IMG/VR virus record: IMGVR_UViG_3300019758_000009
Location: 1 to 64,000 of that record
Reading direction: 5' to 3' (one strand)
DNA: 64,000 bases
Origin: a virus
The number at the start of each line of letters is the position of its first letter. Within the stretch, counting starts at the first letter, position 1. The position numbers and the translations under genes were made by a program. Positions 1 to 9,647 of this stretch are shown piece after piece. The notes under the pieces were generated by a model. That model worked only from the letters and a program-made list of their open reading frames with translations, ran no database searches and was not told where the DNA came from.

Positions 1-837
1 GTGTTATGTATGGTGTTGAGTGTGAGCGTGGTATGGTGTGTGTTTGGGTGTTGGTGGGGCGGTGTTTGGGGCGGTGAGCTGGTAAAGGTGGCGTGACTAC
101 ATTCATGTATTATTACTTTCAAAATATCCAGCTTACTATAAACGACACTCAAACAGGGGTTATTCTTAAGGCGCTTACATTGAAGCCATTCGTTAACACT
201 CTCCACAGGTGAGTATAAAAGCTATTCCTATAAATTTAAACTTGTTTCACTTATATACAAAGTGAAACAAACATGTGTATTGATGTATGTATCAGTGTGT
301 TACGTGCTATATTGTGCAGTTATTCAATATTTCACCCATATACAAGAACATATCTACTTATCTACATATAAAAATAAAAAGATGGGGGTACACCCCCTTT
401 GTGGTGCGGAAGCCATTCGTGTTGGGCGGCCTTTTTCTAGACATTGATTTTTGTAACTCGGTGCTAGTCAGCACCTTGCCCCACCCCAACGACACCCAAC
501 CAAGGCCCCACTAAGGCCCGAACGAAGCTTTTGACGGAGCGTTTGATAAGTATTGAATATATAGGGATCGGTTTTTGTACTCGCCCGTGAGAACACCTAA
601 CCAAACGCAGTGGTGGCGCGGTCCGGAGAAATTTGGTAGTTTTGATTGAAATTTATAGGAAGAGGGGTCGGGGCCTTTATATAGAGAAATCGAAATTTTT
701 CGGGGACCCTTTTTTGAGAAGTTGATTTTTGAAAATCGTTGAGGCGTCGATCGTAAATATGGGCCTCGTTCGATTTATGGAGGTAATTGTTACCCTCGTA
801 TATTGAAAAGGATATAATGAGGTTGATATTTCCAGGA

Positions 838-1020
838 TTATATCTGAAGTGATATAGTTGTTATGGGAGATGCGCATGATACATCCAGCATAGATTTACC
901 ATAGGCTGATGCTGGAGATGCATGCGTGAGGTAATTTGTCCAGTTTTTTACACAATAAATTGGATGTAGCGCGTCATTATATACTAAAAGAGCCACACCG
1001 TTTTCACGATGCAGCTCCAT
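838..1020 (-). CDS. hypothetical protein
   Basis: 60-aa ATG ORF, last gene of the co-directional minus-strand run. Confidence 0.4.
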   Translation of the reverse strand: MELHRENGVALLVYNDALHPIYCVKNWTNYLTHASPASAYGKSMLDVSCASPITTISLQI

Positions 1021-1049
1021 TAATAACTACTTTTCACGGCAAATAACCA

Positions 1050-1256
1050 TTATTCGCCAACCAATCTCTTATTGAGTTCTTCTATTTCCGTACTCAAGGT
1101 TCTAATCTCTGGATCTGTTTCCCGGAGTTTGTCGATATCGCTTGAGCTTACAGCTCTAAACTCTTTCTCGAATTCTTCCAGCTTATCTGCAAAGGGTATT
1201 CCTAGGTCAAGTATTTCCCGGGAGATAGCCTTAAATTTCTTTATGTTTATGCTCAT
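1050..1256 (-). CDS. hypothetical small helical/coiled-coil protein
   Basis: 68 aa, E/K-rich amphipathic sequence, co-directional with neighbours. Confidence 0.6.
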   Translation of the reverse strand: MSINIKKFKAISREILDLGIPFADKLEEFEKEFRAVSSSDIDKLRETDPEIRTLSTEIEELNKRLVGE

Positions 1257-1268
1257 AAAAAGAAGTTC

Positions 1269-1460
1269 TTATTGAGACAATTTTAAAAACAAAGCCCACC
1301 ATTTAGGTTTGCTATACGTGTAAATATGTGCGTTTTCTTTACATTGTCGCCTAACCTCTTCGAGCTTCCAGCCCTTAAGTCCTAGCTCGTTAATTTCTTG
1401 TAAATTGGGCTCTGGAGACGGTCCGTGTACCTTAATAATTTTTGTCTTAAATTTTACCAT
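1269..1460 (-). CDS. DUF4177-like small protein (start moved to ATG 1460)
   Basis: MVKFKTKIIKV...EINELGLKGWKLEEV resembles the LNELGxEGWEL motif; the upstream extension to 1616 looks non-coding. Confidence 0.5.
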   Translation of the reverse strand: MVKFKTKIIKVHGPSPEPNLQEINELGLKGWKLEEVRRQCKENAHIYTYSKPKWWALFLKLSQ

Positions 1461-1640
1461 CGATATTTCGTTTTTTATAAAGTTTCTATTGGGTATATTG
1501 GTTTTGTGCTTTAAAAACATTTCTCTAACCTTGGTGCTTATGTACTTGTTTACATCTTTAGGTTCTAATCTCTGGATCTGTTTCCTGGAGTATGCGCGTG
1601 GCAAAATCGAACACATACAACAATCTCGTTGTGCCTAATA

Positions 1641-2297
1641 CTAAAGAAGTTTCAGTTCAACTTTATCTCCACATTCATTAAGTTTCAACTTGCGACCTTT
1701 CCAGCTACTCCATTTTTGTAAAGCGCAAGGGTAATTCATGCAATTATCACAATCATATAAAGTACTAGGTACAACACTTTGCATAGGTAATACTAGTTCG
1801 TTCTTCGTTCGAGTGTCGTAAGCTTGTTTTGCGAGGTTGTAAATCTCTATCATTGCATCATTCAGCTTATCTGCTTCATCCTCATCGTAGTTACTCATAT
1901 TCAATTCTGGGGCGTCGCCAGCAATCTGGAAGATTCCTGATAATATTTGCTCTATTTTTACCACACTATCTAGCAATTGTTCTGGTATTACTGCTCTTTT
2001 ATTGGTGCCAGGTAATAAGGCGTTGTTTTCGGCGTTTGCATCATCCCCATTCTTTTTCACCTCTTTCCAATTAAAACTAGTTTGGTTAGTTGCGCCAAGT
2101 TCAGTGCCGCCGCGCGTATTCCACTTTTCAATAACATTAGCTCTTGCATCATAGCCTTTCTCTTCCCACCGCATATCGTCAAGTATCTGTAATCCACAAC
2201 CGCCACAGCTTACCACGTAGTCGCATCCTTCTGTTTCATGTAGTTCTGCCACCCCATCGCAGCAGGGGCATGGTTTTAATATTTCCTTCGTACTCAT
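1641..2297 (-). CDS. Lar-family (restriction alleviation) zinc-finger protein with C-terminal extensions
   Basis: LKPCPCCDG...CGGCG...IEKWNTR pattern at the N-terminus. Confidence 0.7.
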   Translation of the reverse strand: MSTKEILKPCPCCDGVAELHETEGCDYVVSCGGCGLQILDDMRWEEKGYDARANVIEKWNTRGGTELGATNQTSFNWKEVKKNGDDANAENNALLPGTNKRAVIPEQLLDSVVKIEQILSGIFQIAGDAPELNMSNYDEDEADKLNDAMIEIYNLAKQAYDTRTKNELVLPMQSVVPSTLYDCDNCMNYPCALQKWSSWKGRKLKLNECGDKVELKLL

Positions 2298-2371
2298 AAT
2301 TTCATCTTTAGTTATCCGTTTGTAGTTTAATGGGCTTTTAACCGTAAAAGAAAAAGCCCGCGCACTTAGAA

Positions 2372-2746
2372 CTATTCAATATCTATATTTGGGGCAATTA
2401 CAGAAGGTTTAAATATTACTCTGTACTGCCCTGTGCTTACATGATCAGGCTGTAGTTGTTCTGAAAAATAAGTAACGTTATCGGAAAGCCCTAAATTATG
2501 CTTTAAAAAGCTTCCATCTTTCATTTTTACCAAAACAACCAATTGCCCCCCAGTATTACTAATAGAGCAGTACCCTTCAACTTGCAAAATATACTTGTCT
2601 GTTATACCGTTGTAAAATACAACTCTTCTGTAAATTTCAAACTGATCTGCTGCCTGCCTTAAATTACTCGACGCAACATCGGCATCTGTACAACTTGTAA
2701 TTGTCAAGCTAATTAAAGCCACTAATAGAATTAATACTTTTTTCAT
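2372..2746 (-). CDS. conserved phage lipoprotein
   Basis: Signal peptide and lipobox (ITS-C); ADVASSNL...FEIYRRVVFYNGITDKY motif of a widespread phage family. Confidence 0.75.
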   Translation of the reverse strand: MKKVLILLVALISLTITSCTDADVASSNLRQAADQFEIYRRVVFYNGITDKYILQVEGYCSISNTGGQLVVLVKMKDGSFLKHNLGLSDNVTYFSEQLQPDHVSTGQYRVIFKPSVIAPNIDIE

Positions 2747-2754
2747 CTTGTTTT

Positions 2755-3105
2755 TTATTTTAAATTGGGTTCATATTTTGCCACTATTTCAGCCTTACCC
2801 GCTTCACCTTCATCATACTTTTGCACAACTAATGCACCGTATTTTGAGCCTATCACAACCTTACTGGGTTCAATGTCGTACTGTTCGGCAATTGAGATAA
2901 TAAAACGGTGGGTAGCACGTTGTAAATGTAGCCCGCTGCTTCTTTGGGTTACATCATTCGCTAAGTCTCTAATGATATTATCAAGATCTTTTAGGTCGTC
3001 TGTAAAGTTTTCTAGGGCTACCTTGTTGCAGTTACCTTTAGCTGCACCTATGCTGCTGTCAAGCTCTTCTCTAAATTGCTCAAGTCTATATTTTAAGTCG
3101 TTCAT
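2755..3105 (-). CDS. hypothetical protein
   Basis: 116-aa ORF with A-rich leader. Confidence 0.65.
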   Translation of the reverse strand: MNDLKYRLEQFREELDSSIGAAKGNCNKVALENFTDDLKDLDNIIRDLANDVTQRSSGLHLQRATHRFIISIAEQYDIEPSKVVIGSKYGALVVQKYDEGEAGKAEIVAKYEPNLK

Positions 3106-3187
3106 TGTTTTGTATTTTTAATTGTTTTGTTAAAGCCTTAACGCCATCAGACCACATCGCCTAATAGCCAGCCTTAGCGGTAGGCTA

Positions 3188-3742
3188 TTACAGCTTAAAG
3201 TGCGTTGCTTTAGCGAGTGGCCATGTTTGGCTAAATCCTCTTATCTCACCGTTATCGAATTTCACTAGCATAGTGCTTTGGTTGGCTGCGTTATATAATT
3301 CCTCATTTCCTTCAATTAAAAGCCAGCCACTAACACTATGCGGTAAAGTACTTTTACCAGCGCCATTCGCTTGCCTAACGCATAAGGATGCATTGCTATC
3401 TAAGTATTGTTCAGCTATCTCGTAATCTATTATGGCTGTAGGGTGGTTTATGTAACCTTTCTTAAGTAGCCATTCAGTGTATTTGAGTAGCGTTCCTCGT
3501 AATAGTTTATCGCTCATTAATTCTGGATTTAATTCTTTAGCTTCCATCCGGTACTTCTTACCATCCATCTCAAACTCCAGCGATTCTTGTTTATGCACTA
3601 AATGTTGCGCTACTGTCCAAACTGCCGCATCTGTTACACCTTGTTTATTTGCGCTCCACCTTTTGCCGTCGCTCAATAATGTTCCCTCGAATATTGCTGC
3701 AGTCAAAAGGCTGCGTTCTGTAGTCATTTTATTTTTTGCCAT
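3188..3742 (-). CDS. hypothetical multi-module protein
   Basis: 184-aa ORF in the operon. Confidence 0.65.
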   Translation of the reverse strand: MAKNKMTTERSLLTAAIFEGTLLSDGKRWSANKQGVTDAAVWTVAQHLVHKQESLEFEMDGKKYRMEAKELNPELMSDKLLRGTLLKYTEWLLKKGYINHPTAIIDYEIAEQYLDSNASLCVRQANGAGKSTLPHSVSGWLLIEGNEELYNAANQSTMLVKFDNGEIRGFSQTWPLAKATHFKL

Positions 3743-3791
3743 AGTTCCATTTCATAAGTTAGTAATCTCTGTCAATCCTGTTCGGTTAGCG

Positions 3792-4352
3792 CTAATCAAA
3801 ACCATCACCCCCGTCACCACCAGCGCAATAAATGTTGGTATCGTATATTGTTCTGTAGTTACTATCACCTCCAAGCCTAACTGATAATCTTCCGCTTCCA
3901 AATAGATTTAATCTACCCGTTTTTAATTTTTCAAGTCTTTTTATGGCTCTAAGGTAAGTTTCTTCATCCTTAGTTAGCTCAAATTCCTCTCCGTTATTAT
4001 TGGTTACTATTTGCCCTATATCGCATCAGAGGTCGGATTGTTTAGCTTTGCGCCTACACTTAGGGCAATCATGCTCTACTATATTATTACTCATCATCCC
4101 AGTTCCGTGACATAAATAGCAAGCTCCCGCCCCTTCGTTACTGGCCACAGCATCATTAATACTTGGCTCTTTTCCGGTAAGAGTCTCTATTTTGAATGAT
4201 CCGCTGCTAGTGATGGCATCGTGAATATTTTCTTCTATAAGGTCTCTTATTTCCTCTTTGGTTTCCGCATTAAGCTTTCTGCCTTTAAGTAGATCGCTAA
4301 AGCCCCACGTTTTGTCTTCTAGGTGGGCTGTAATTGTCATCTTTAAATCCAT
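3792..4352 (-). pseudogene. hypothetical gene with internal TGA (4028-4026); frame stays open 77 more codons to TAG 3794-3792
   Basis: Manual translation past the stop: SDL*CDIGQIVTNNNGEEFELTKDEETYLRAIKRLEKL...IYCAGGDGGDGFD*; upstream part has a CxxC...CxxC zinc finger. Confidence 0.5.
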
Positions 4353-4378
4353 ACGCTATATTTTATATATTCTTATTA

Positions 4379-5086
4379 TTAAATTTCCTTCAGCTCTTCA
4401 ATAATTTCCTCCCTTGTTAATTGGGTGTACTGGAATTCATAACTTTTGTCGCCATATACATTCATCAAGCGCCTCACCATGTCTTTTTGACCTCCAGTAA
4501 GCCTTTTTCTGTATAGATAGTGAAATCTCTTGCTAGACACCTTCATCCAGCCTCTATTCTCAAGAACGACCTCAGCATCCTTGTATTTTTCCGATTCAGT
4601 CTTGGTGAGGGTTTTAGATAGAAACAACTCCTCCGCATTATACCGGTGTGTTTCGAAGCCACACTCATAGAAATTGCCTTCAGGATCAACCCATCCGTGC
4701 TGATGGTCCTTGGTTAATCTGGTTGGCATTACTGGATTGATTTTAACTAATGGTTTAGTTAGGGTGTCGCAGTTAAATACTAGCTTCTTGTCTTTGTAGA
4801 ATGAGTAATTATATCTACCCCTTACGTCAGGGATGTCGTTTTCGCGACCAATAACTACTGTGTTGACTGTCAAATCTCTGGCATCAACCAGAAATGACAG
4901 TTGCGCATTGTAACGGGAATAGAAATACTTTATAGCCTCTACAGCAGTATCTCCAGATAGTCTTATGTATCTACCGGCATAGCGACCTACCCAATACCTC
5001 TTGTATTTTTCATATCCGTCATCCTTTCTGGCAGATATTATTTCTCTTTGTAGCTCTTGGTATAGCTTTTTAGCTTTTTGGCTCAT
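4379..5086 (-). CDS. hypothetical protein (GWVDPEGNFY...H motif)
   Basis: 235-aa ORF. Confidence 0.7.
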   Translation of the reverse strand: MSQKAKKLYQELQREIISARKDDGYEKYKRYWVGRYAGRYIRLSGDTAVEAIKYFYSRYNAQLSFLVDARDLTVNTVVIGRENDIPDVRGRYNYSFYKDKKLVFNCDTLTKPLVKINPVMPTRLTKDHQHGWVDPEGNFYECGFETHRYNAEELFLSKTLTKTESEKYKDAEVVLENRGWMKVSSKRFHYLYRKRLTGGQKDMVRRLMNVYGDKSYEFQYTQLTREEIIEELKEI

Positions 5087-5156
5087 ACGATTGGTGTTTT
5101 ATTATTAATTTTCCCGCAAGATAGTAAACATTTTTGAAAACGCAAACTATTTTAAC

Positions 5157-5188
5157 AAAAAAGCCACCTAGATTTCTCTAGATGGCTT
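5157..5188 (-). terminator. intrinsic terminator
   Basis: AAGCCA-CTAGA / TCTAG-TGGCTT stem with U-run on the minus strand. Confidence 0.65.
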
Positions 5189-5191
5189 GAT

Positions 5192-5644
5192 TTATAACTG
5201 TTTTTCATTTAAAATAACCACATGTACAAGATAGCGCTTATCGTCTACGTCGCACACAATATCTCCAGCGGTAACAGGAGAAGGGTTTTTTATTATGTCT
5301 TTATGCGTAGGCGTGGCCCAAAGAAAGCCCTCAAGAACACAGTCTCTGCTCGGATTATATATTCCATTAACTACATACCATATATTTCTATCACTCTCTT
5401 TCCATAAAGAAAGCGTAACGGGACCTACCTGGTGTACGGTATCAGTACTGGTTACGGCTTTAAATACTGCGCTCTCTACGTCGGAACTGCTCCATCCTGC
5501 ATATTTTTTTAAAATCCTTAATAGGTCATCTTTGTCGTGGTCTACCCCTTCCATAGCCTCGTCGATCATATCTTGGCCTGGGCAGAAATCGAACTCTGAT
5601 GCTAGCCTATGGACAATCTGAAGGTCTTTTAGTTTTTGTTTCAT
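5192..5644 (-). CDS. hypothetical protein
   Basis: 150-aa ORF followed by a terminator hairpin. Confidence 0.7.
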   Translation of the reverse strand: MKQKLKDLQIVHRLASEFDFCPGQDMIDEAMEGVDHDKDDLLRILKKYAGWSSSDVESAVFKAVTSTDTVHQVGPVTLSLWKESDRNIWYVVNGIYNPSRDCVLEGFLWATPTHKDIIKNPSPVTAGDIVCDVDDKRYLVHVVILNEKQL

Positions 5645-5653
5645 GTTATATAT

Positions 5654-6196
5654 TTAAGATTTTATTAGGTCAAACAATAGTTTTCGGTTTGTTCCAGTAT
5701 CAAAGAAGACGTCGTATATTTTGCAGTCATCTAATTTATTCATGTTAGATTTAGAGAAAAAATGTTTACGGCGAACAAAGGTCTCACAATCTAAAAGGGC
5801 GGCCAACTTATCGTATAGCTTCATCGCGAGTTTATTTTCAACCGATACACTAAACTCTAATTTTACAAAACCGGAACGGACCAAGCCTTCTATAGCTACT
5901 AAAATGTCATTCAAAAATACAGAACTGGATGGGCCATGGATCTTGAATATGTTAAGGTTCTCCATAACCCTCGCTGATCGATCTATTGATATTTCAATAT
6001 AGCCAAGAAGCTTGCCTTCATCATTGACAGAAACATACTGCACTTTCTCCCAGTTATTTTTGCTTATAACTAGCTCAAAATTAGAGAATTGGCTATTTTT
6101 ATAGTGATCGAATTCCGTAGACGATCCATTCTCTAAAAACCACTGTATGAGCTCAGCTTCACGTGTTATTGCTTGCTTTATCATGTCGTTACCCAT
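5654..6196 (-). CDS. GNAT-fold N-acetyltransferase-like protein
   Basis: GKLLGYIEI beta strand and LEFSVSVENKLAMKLYDKL (NxxAxxLY) GNAT motif B. Confidence 0.6.
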   Translation of the reverse strand: MGNDMIKQAITREAELIQWFLENGSSTEFDHYKNSQFSNFELVISKNNWEKVQYVSVNDEGKLLGYIEISIDRSARVMENLNIFKIHGPSSSVFLNDILVAIEGLVRSGFVKLEFSVSVENKLAMKLYDKLAALLDCETFVRRKHFFSKSNMNKLDDCKIYDVFFDTGTNRKLLFDLIKS

Positions 6197-6644
6197 TGTT
6201 ATGGAGAGCTAACTCATCTATAACTTTTTGGGTTGTAAAACGTAAAGCTTTCACAAGATCATCTGGGGACACTCCAGAATTATCAAGGTTGAGATATTCA
6301 CCGCCTAATGATGATATATTTACAACCACATTAACACCTGAAGGTGCATCTCCGTGCTTTTTGTCAGTGCTTATACCTGTATAACCGGGGCTACTGATAG
6401 CTTCCAGCATCCGAACACACATAGCTGCTGTTTGTATTAGCTCATCTTTAACATCCTGAAGAGGGCGTTTTTCCTGCTTGTATTTAAGAACAGCTTTCGC
6501 CACCTCTCCAGCCTCCTCTGTCATTATAGCTAATTGCTCAAAGATATCTTCAGGGAAGTTTGGATGTTGCTCTTCTGCTCTGTCTAGCTCATTCTCAATT
6601 AGAGAGTAAGAGCCATGTCTTGTTTCTTCAAATATTAAACCCAT
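6189..6644 (-). CDS. MazG-like nucleotide pyrophosphohydrolase
   Basis: IMTEEAGEVAKAV...VKDELIQTAAMC motif; start moved to ATG 6644 to remove the overlap with the upstream gene. Confidence 0.75.
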   Translation of the reverse strand: MGLIFEETRHGSYSLIENELDRAEEQHPNFPEDIFEQLAIMTEEAGEVAKAVLKYKQEKRPLQDVKDELIQTAAMCVRMLEAISSPGYTGISTDKKHGDAPSGVNVVVNISSLGGEYLNLDNSGVSPDDLVKALRFTTQKVIDELALHNNG

Positions 6645-6648
6645 ATTC

Positions 6649-7059
6649 TTATTTATTTTTACCCCATCCACCGTATATCCACCCGAAGGCGCGTACAGCA
6701 ATGTAGTAGATTTTAGCCCAATAAAAACCTCTCTCCTTGAGCATTTCATAAAATAATTGATCAGCCTGCTTCCTGGTTACTGGTACCGTTGACTTGTATT
6801 GGTATAGTGCGTCGTGAACCATAGATGCGTGGTAAGTGGCTGGTAGGCCGTCACCTCTGTTAGTGCCGTCAGGCGTTCCTAGTATCAGATCTTTCCAAAC
6901 AAACTTAGGGGAGCACCCATCCCAACTGTAACCTTTGGGTATGGTAACCGTTCCCCATATATTTATATGGAGATATTCAGCTGAAAATTTTTGAGTGAGG
7001 CATAGAGGCGTGGCTCTAAAGAATTCACTTTGATTGGTAAACTTATAAAATTTTTCCAT
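6649..7059 (-). CDS. DUF1353-family protein
   Basis: IPKGYSWDGCS, ASMVHDALY, RKQADQLF, YIAVRAFG motifs. Confidence 0.8.
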   Translation of the reverse strand: MEKFYKFTNQSEFFRATPLCLTQKFSAEYLHINIWGTVTIPKGYSWDGCSPKFVWKDLILGTPDGTNRGDGLPATYHASMVHDALYQYKSTVPVTRKQADQLFYEMLKERGFYWAKIYYIAVRAFGWIYGGWGKNK

Positions 7060-7062
7060 ATC

Positions 7063-7527
7063 TTATCCGCAAAATGGGTAGCCGTCGTCATCAAATCCTA
7101 CATTTGATACTGGCTCTACGTTATACCCTAGTTTCTCTATTTTTTCGATATCCTTATCATGTTTTGTTGGGTCTCCTAATGTCTGTTTTGAGTAAAGCTT
7201 CTTAGCTCTTAGAATAGGAGCTACTTTTGAGCATTTGATGCCATTTATGATATCAAATTCCTCTGTATCATTAGATAGTACATCTACTTTGCACCCATCA
7301 AAATCGAATTTAGCGCCCATACCGTCTGATGCTGTGCTGGTGATGTGTATACTATACAGGTCTGACGGCATCTTTATATTGGGGGCGTAATCATTAATTA
7401 ATATATCGATATCTCCAGGCTCCCGCCCCAGGTCAATGCCGTGCAGCTTTAAAGCTATTGTTCCAGTAACTAAAGAGTTTGGGTTGAGTTTCTGTATAGC
7501 TTTGATAATTTCCAATTGTTTTTCCAT
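7063..7527 (-). CDS. minimal nucleotidyltransferase (Pol-beta superfamily)
   Basis: VTGTIALKLHG...PGDIDIL (G[S/T]...DxD) and KVDVL third acid. Confidence 0.75.
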   Translation of the reverse strand: MEKQLEIIKAIQKLNPNSLVTGTIALKLHGIDLGREPGDIDILINDYAPNIKMPSDLYSIHITSTASDGMGAKFDFDGCKVDVLSNDTEEFDIINGIKCSKVAPILRAKKLYSKQTLGDPTKHDKDIEKIEKLGYNVEPVSNVGFDDDGYPFCG

Positions 7528-7538
7528 ACGTTATCTAT

Positions 7539-8396
7539 TTAGTTGTTGTAAGTTATTTTTTCCGTCAACAAGATAGCCATTGCTGAATCCCGTAGAGTAT
7601 CGTTTCCATCAGTCATGTATTCTAAAGATGTTATCTTCTCTTCTATGTATAGACTAGCGAATTTCGGGTCATATTTTGATATACCCTTGACATTATGTAT
7701 TATGTCTGCATACTTTATGGTCTGTGAGTCACCACTTACAGTGCCTAATCTGTGGTTTTCTGCTGTTTTTCTGATGGCTCTGTTCAGTCCTGGGCAGCTT
7801 TTACCCGTAAAAACGTTCGTAAGCTCACTGACTGAGGTCTTGATGGCGAAAACTTCATAGCTAGCATACCCCATGAGATGTAAATCATCAGCTAATTCAT
7901 CAAGCGTCATATCTGTATCCTCTACGAGGTCATGAAGCAATGCGGCTGGAATGTTATAAGGGGTTACACAGCTCACTATTTTAGCCACAGCATAAGGGTG
8001 TGTCCAGTATTTATGTTTGCTGTACTTTCTCATTTGCTCGCCGTGTTTGCTCTTTACGTAATCCAAGAGTACTTTATCGGTGGCACAAAACTCAGATGGT
8101 GGCACTCCTGCGTTAACTAAGTTGGCGATAGCAATATCTTCCTGTTGCGATATCTGTTTTGTTACGATTTTATCTATATCTTCGCTTGGTAAATCCATAA
8201 ATCTATCTACATGCAGAACTCTTGGTACAGAATGCTTGTAGTTCATAGCGTTAAAAATTATCTCGGAGCAGTGACCGTCTAAGATTTCGTTATGTATTTC
8301 GGATATTTTTACCATCAGGTGCGAAGAACGCTCTCCAGAGCTTCCCTGGGTTGTGTGGGTCGATTTTTTAATACTAGATATATCCTGCACTACCAC
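7539..8396 (-). CDS. HD-domain hydrolase, RelA/SpoT-hydrolase (small alarmone hydrolase)-like
   Basis: HGEQMRKY..YWTHPYAVA, AALLHDLVEDT, IKYADIIHN motifs; extra ~110-aa N-terminus. Confidence 0.8.
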   Translation of the reverse strand: MVVQDISSIKKSTHTTQGSSGERSSHLMVKISEIHNEILDGHCSEIIFNAMNYKHSVPRVLHVDRFMDLPSEDIDKIVTKQISQQEDIAIANLVNAGVPPSEFCATDKVLLDYVKSKHGEQMRKYSKHKYWTHPYAVAKIVSCVTPYNIPAALLHDLVEDTDMTLDELADDLHLMGYASYEVFAIKTSVSELTNVFTGKSCPGLNRAIRKTAENHRLGTVSGDSQTIKYADIIHNVKGISKYDPKFASLYIEEKITSLEYMTDGNDTLRDSAMAILLTEKITYNN

Positions 8397-8719
8397 GCTT
8401 TGATCCTCCTTTTAGTTATTTTTATATACATCATACCATGAATAATGAAGGTTTCTCCGTCAACCGTCACCGTGTCTACCCCAGACGTAACCTTGTACGC
8501 TTTAAAGATAGTGTTCATCTTAATGTGCAGCAATACCGACCATCTAAACAACAGGCTGGTGTTGGTGGAGAAGGTCGTTATAGTTCTTAACAGCTCTCTC
8601 TTTTTGAGATTTGATAATGACTGCCAGTCAAACCTTGACCTGCCGCACTTATCTTCTGTGTGGTACCCAGGAAACAAGTCTTCTGAGAAGGTAAAGTAAA
8701 TTTCTTTTTTCTTTTTCAT
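8390..8719 (-). CDS. hypothetical protein
   Basis: 109 aa, AGCGT-ATG start, overlaps neighbours. Confidence 0.65.
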   Translation of the reverse strand: MKKKKEIYFTFSEDLFPGYHTEDKCGRSRFDWQSLSNLKKRELLRTITTFSTNTSLLFRWSVLLHIKMNTIFKAYKVTSGVDTVTVDGETFIIHGMMYIKITKRRIKAW

Positions 8720-9267
8720 ACGCTATAATTTAACTGGTCATTATTGATTGCTTCATCCCTGTACTTTTTGTCGTACTCCTCAGCAAGTTTATCGCGATTA
8801 GGTTGTGATGGCTCCATCTCTATGGTTGTTAGGTGGTTTAACAATATTGAATTGTCAAATGCATAACTTAATGCATCGCCACCGTTCATATTATTGACGT
8901 AGTAACGTTGGTGGAATTTTTCAATAATCTTCTTGGCTTCGGATATCTCAATCTCTATTACTTTACCGTGATACTTAAACGCTATTGCTTGATATGGTGA
9001 CAGCTGAGATACTGAATGCTGGTTGTATGCTGTGGTTAACTTAACAAATAGGTAAGATATTTCAGGGAAGTACACGCGGTCCTTCCATATCTGTATGCGT
9101 TTATTCCAGTCATCCATATCTACCTCGTACCGCTTATCAACCCATTCGAGCTTCATAATGTCGTTACGCTTCTTTATGGCGTTGGCCCTGCCTTCATCTG
9201 ACATACCGGCTATTGCTATGAGGAAATCTATCTTCCCTTCGATCCTATCTAATTGTGGATTTACCAT
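8716..9267 (-). CDS. hypothetical protein
   Basis: 183-aa ORF in the operon. Confidence 0.7.
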   Translation of the reverse strand: MVNPQLDRIEGKIDFLIAIAGMSDEGRANAIKKRNDIMKLEWVDKRYEVDMDDWNKRIQIWKDRVYFPEISYLFVKLTTAYNQHSVSQLSPYQAIAFKYHGKVIEIEISEAKKIIEKFHQRYYVNNMNGGDALSYAFDNSILLNHLTTIEMEPSQPNRDKLAEEYDKKYRDEAINNDQLNYSV

Positions 9268-9647
9268 GGGTTACTTTTTAGTTGTTCGTAAAATTCGGGA
9301 TCATCCTCCTTCAGCTTTCGCATCTCTTCGGCGAGCTTCTGGGATTGCTTGAGTAAATCATCTGGAAGGGTAATCGGATCTGTTTGGCTTGACCTCCAGT
9401 GTACCCACTTAGCCCTCCACCAATTCCACAATCTCCAGTACCAAACACGATCACGGTGCGCTTCAATAAGTTCATCCTTAATGTAATCTATAGCTACCGA
9501 ACAATGTTGCCCTTCACACACGTAAAGCTGTGTACAGCTACTGCCACCGATGATCAGTTCTTCGCAAAGCTCACACATGCGTTCTTGCTGTTCATCGGTG
9601 ATGTCGCCGTTATCGAGTGCTTTTAAAGATCGCCGTAGTCTTGCCAT
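9261..9647 (-). CDS. hypothetical Cys-containing protein
   Basis: 128-aa ORF in the operon. Confidence 0.65.
   Translation of the reverse strand: MARLRRSLKALDNGDITDEQQERMCELCEELIIGGSSCTQLYVCEGQHCSVAIDYIKDELIEAHRDRVWYWRLWNWWRAKWVHWRSSQTDPITLPDDLLKQSQKLAEEMRKLKEDDPEFYEQLKSNPW

Noticed and set aside
262-877. Short ORFs 262-447, 287-514 and 677-877, and the many ORFs antisense to real genes
   Set aside because: No recognisable motifs or initiation context; consistent with chance or shadow frames.
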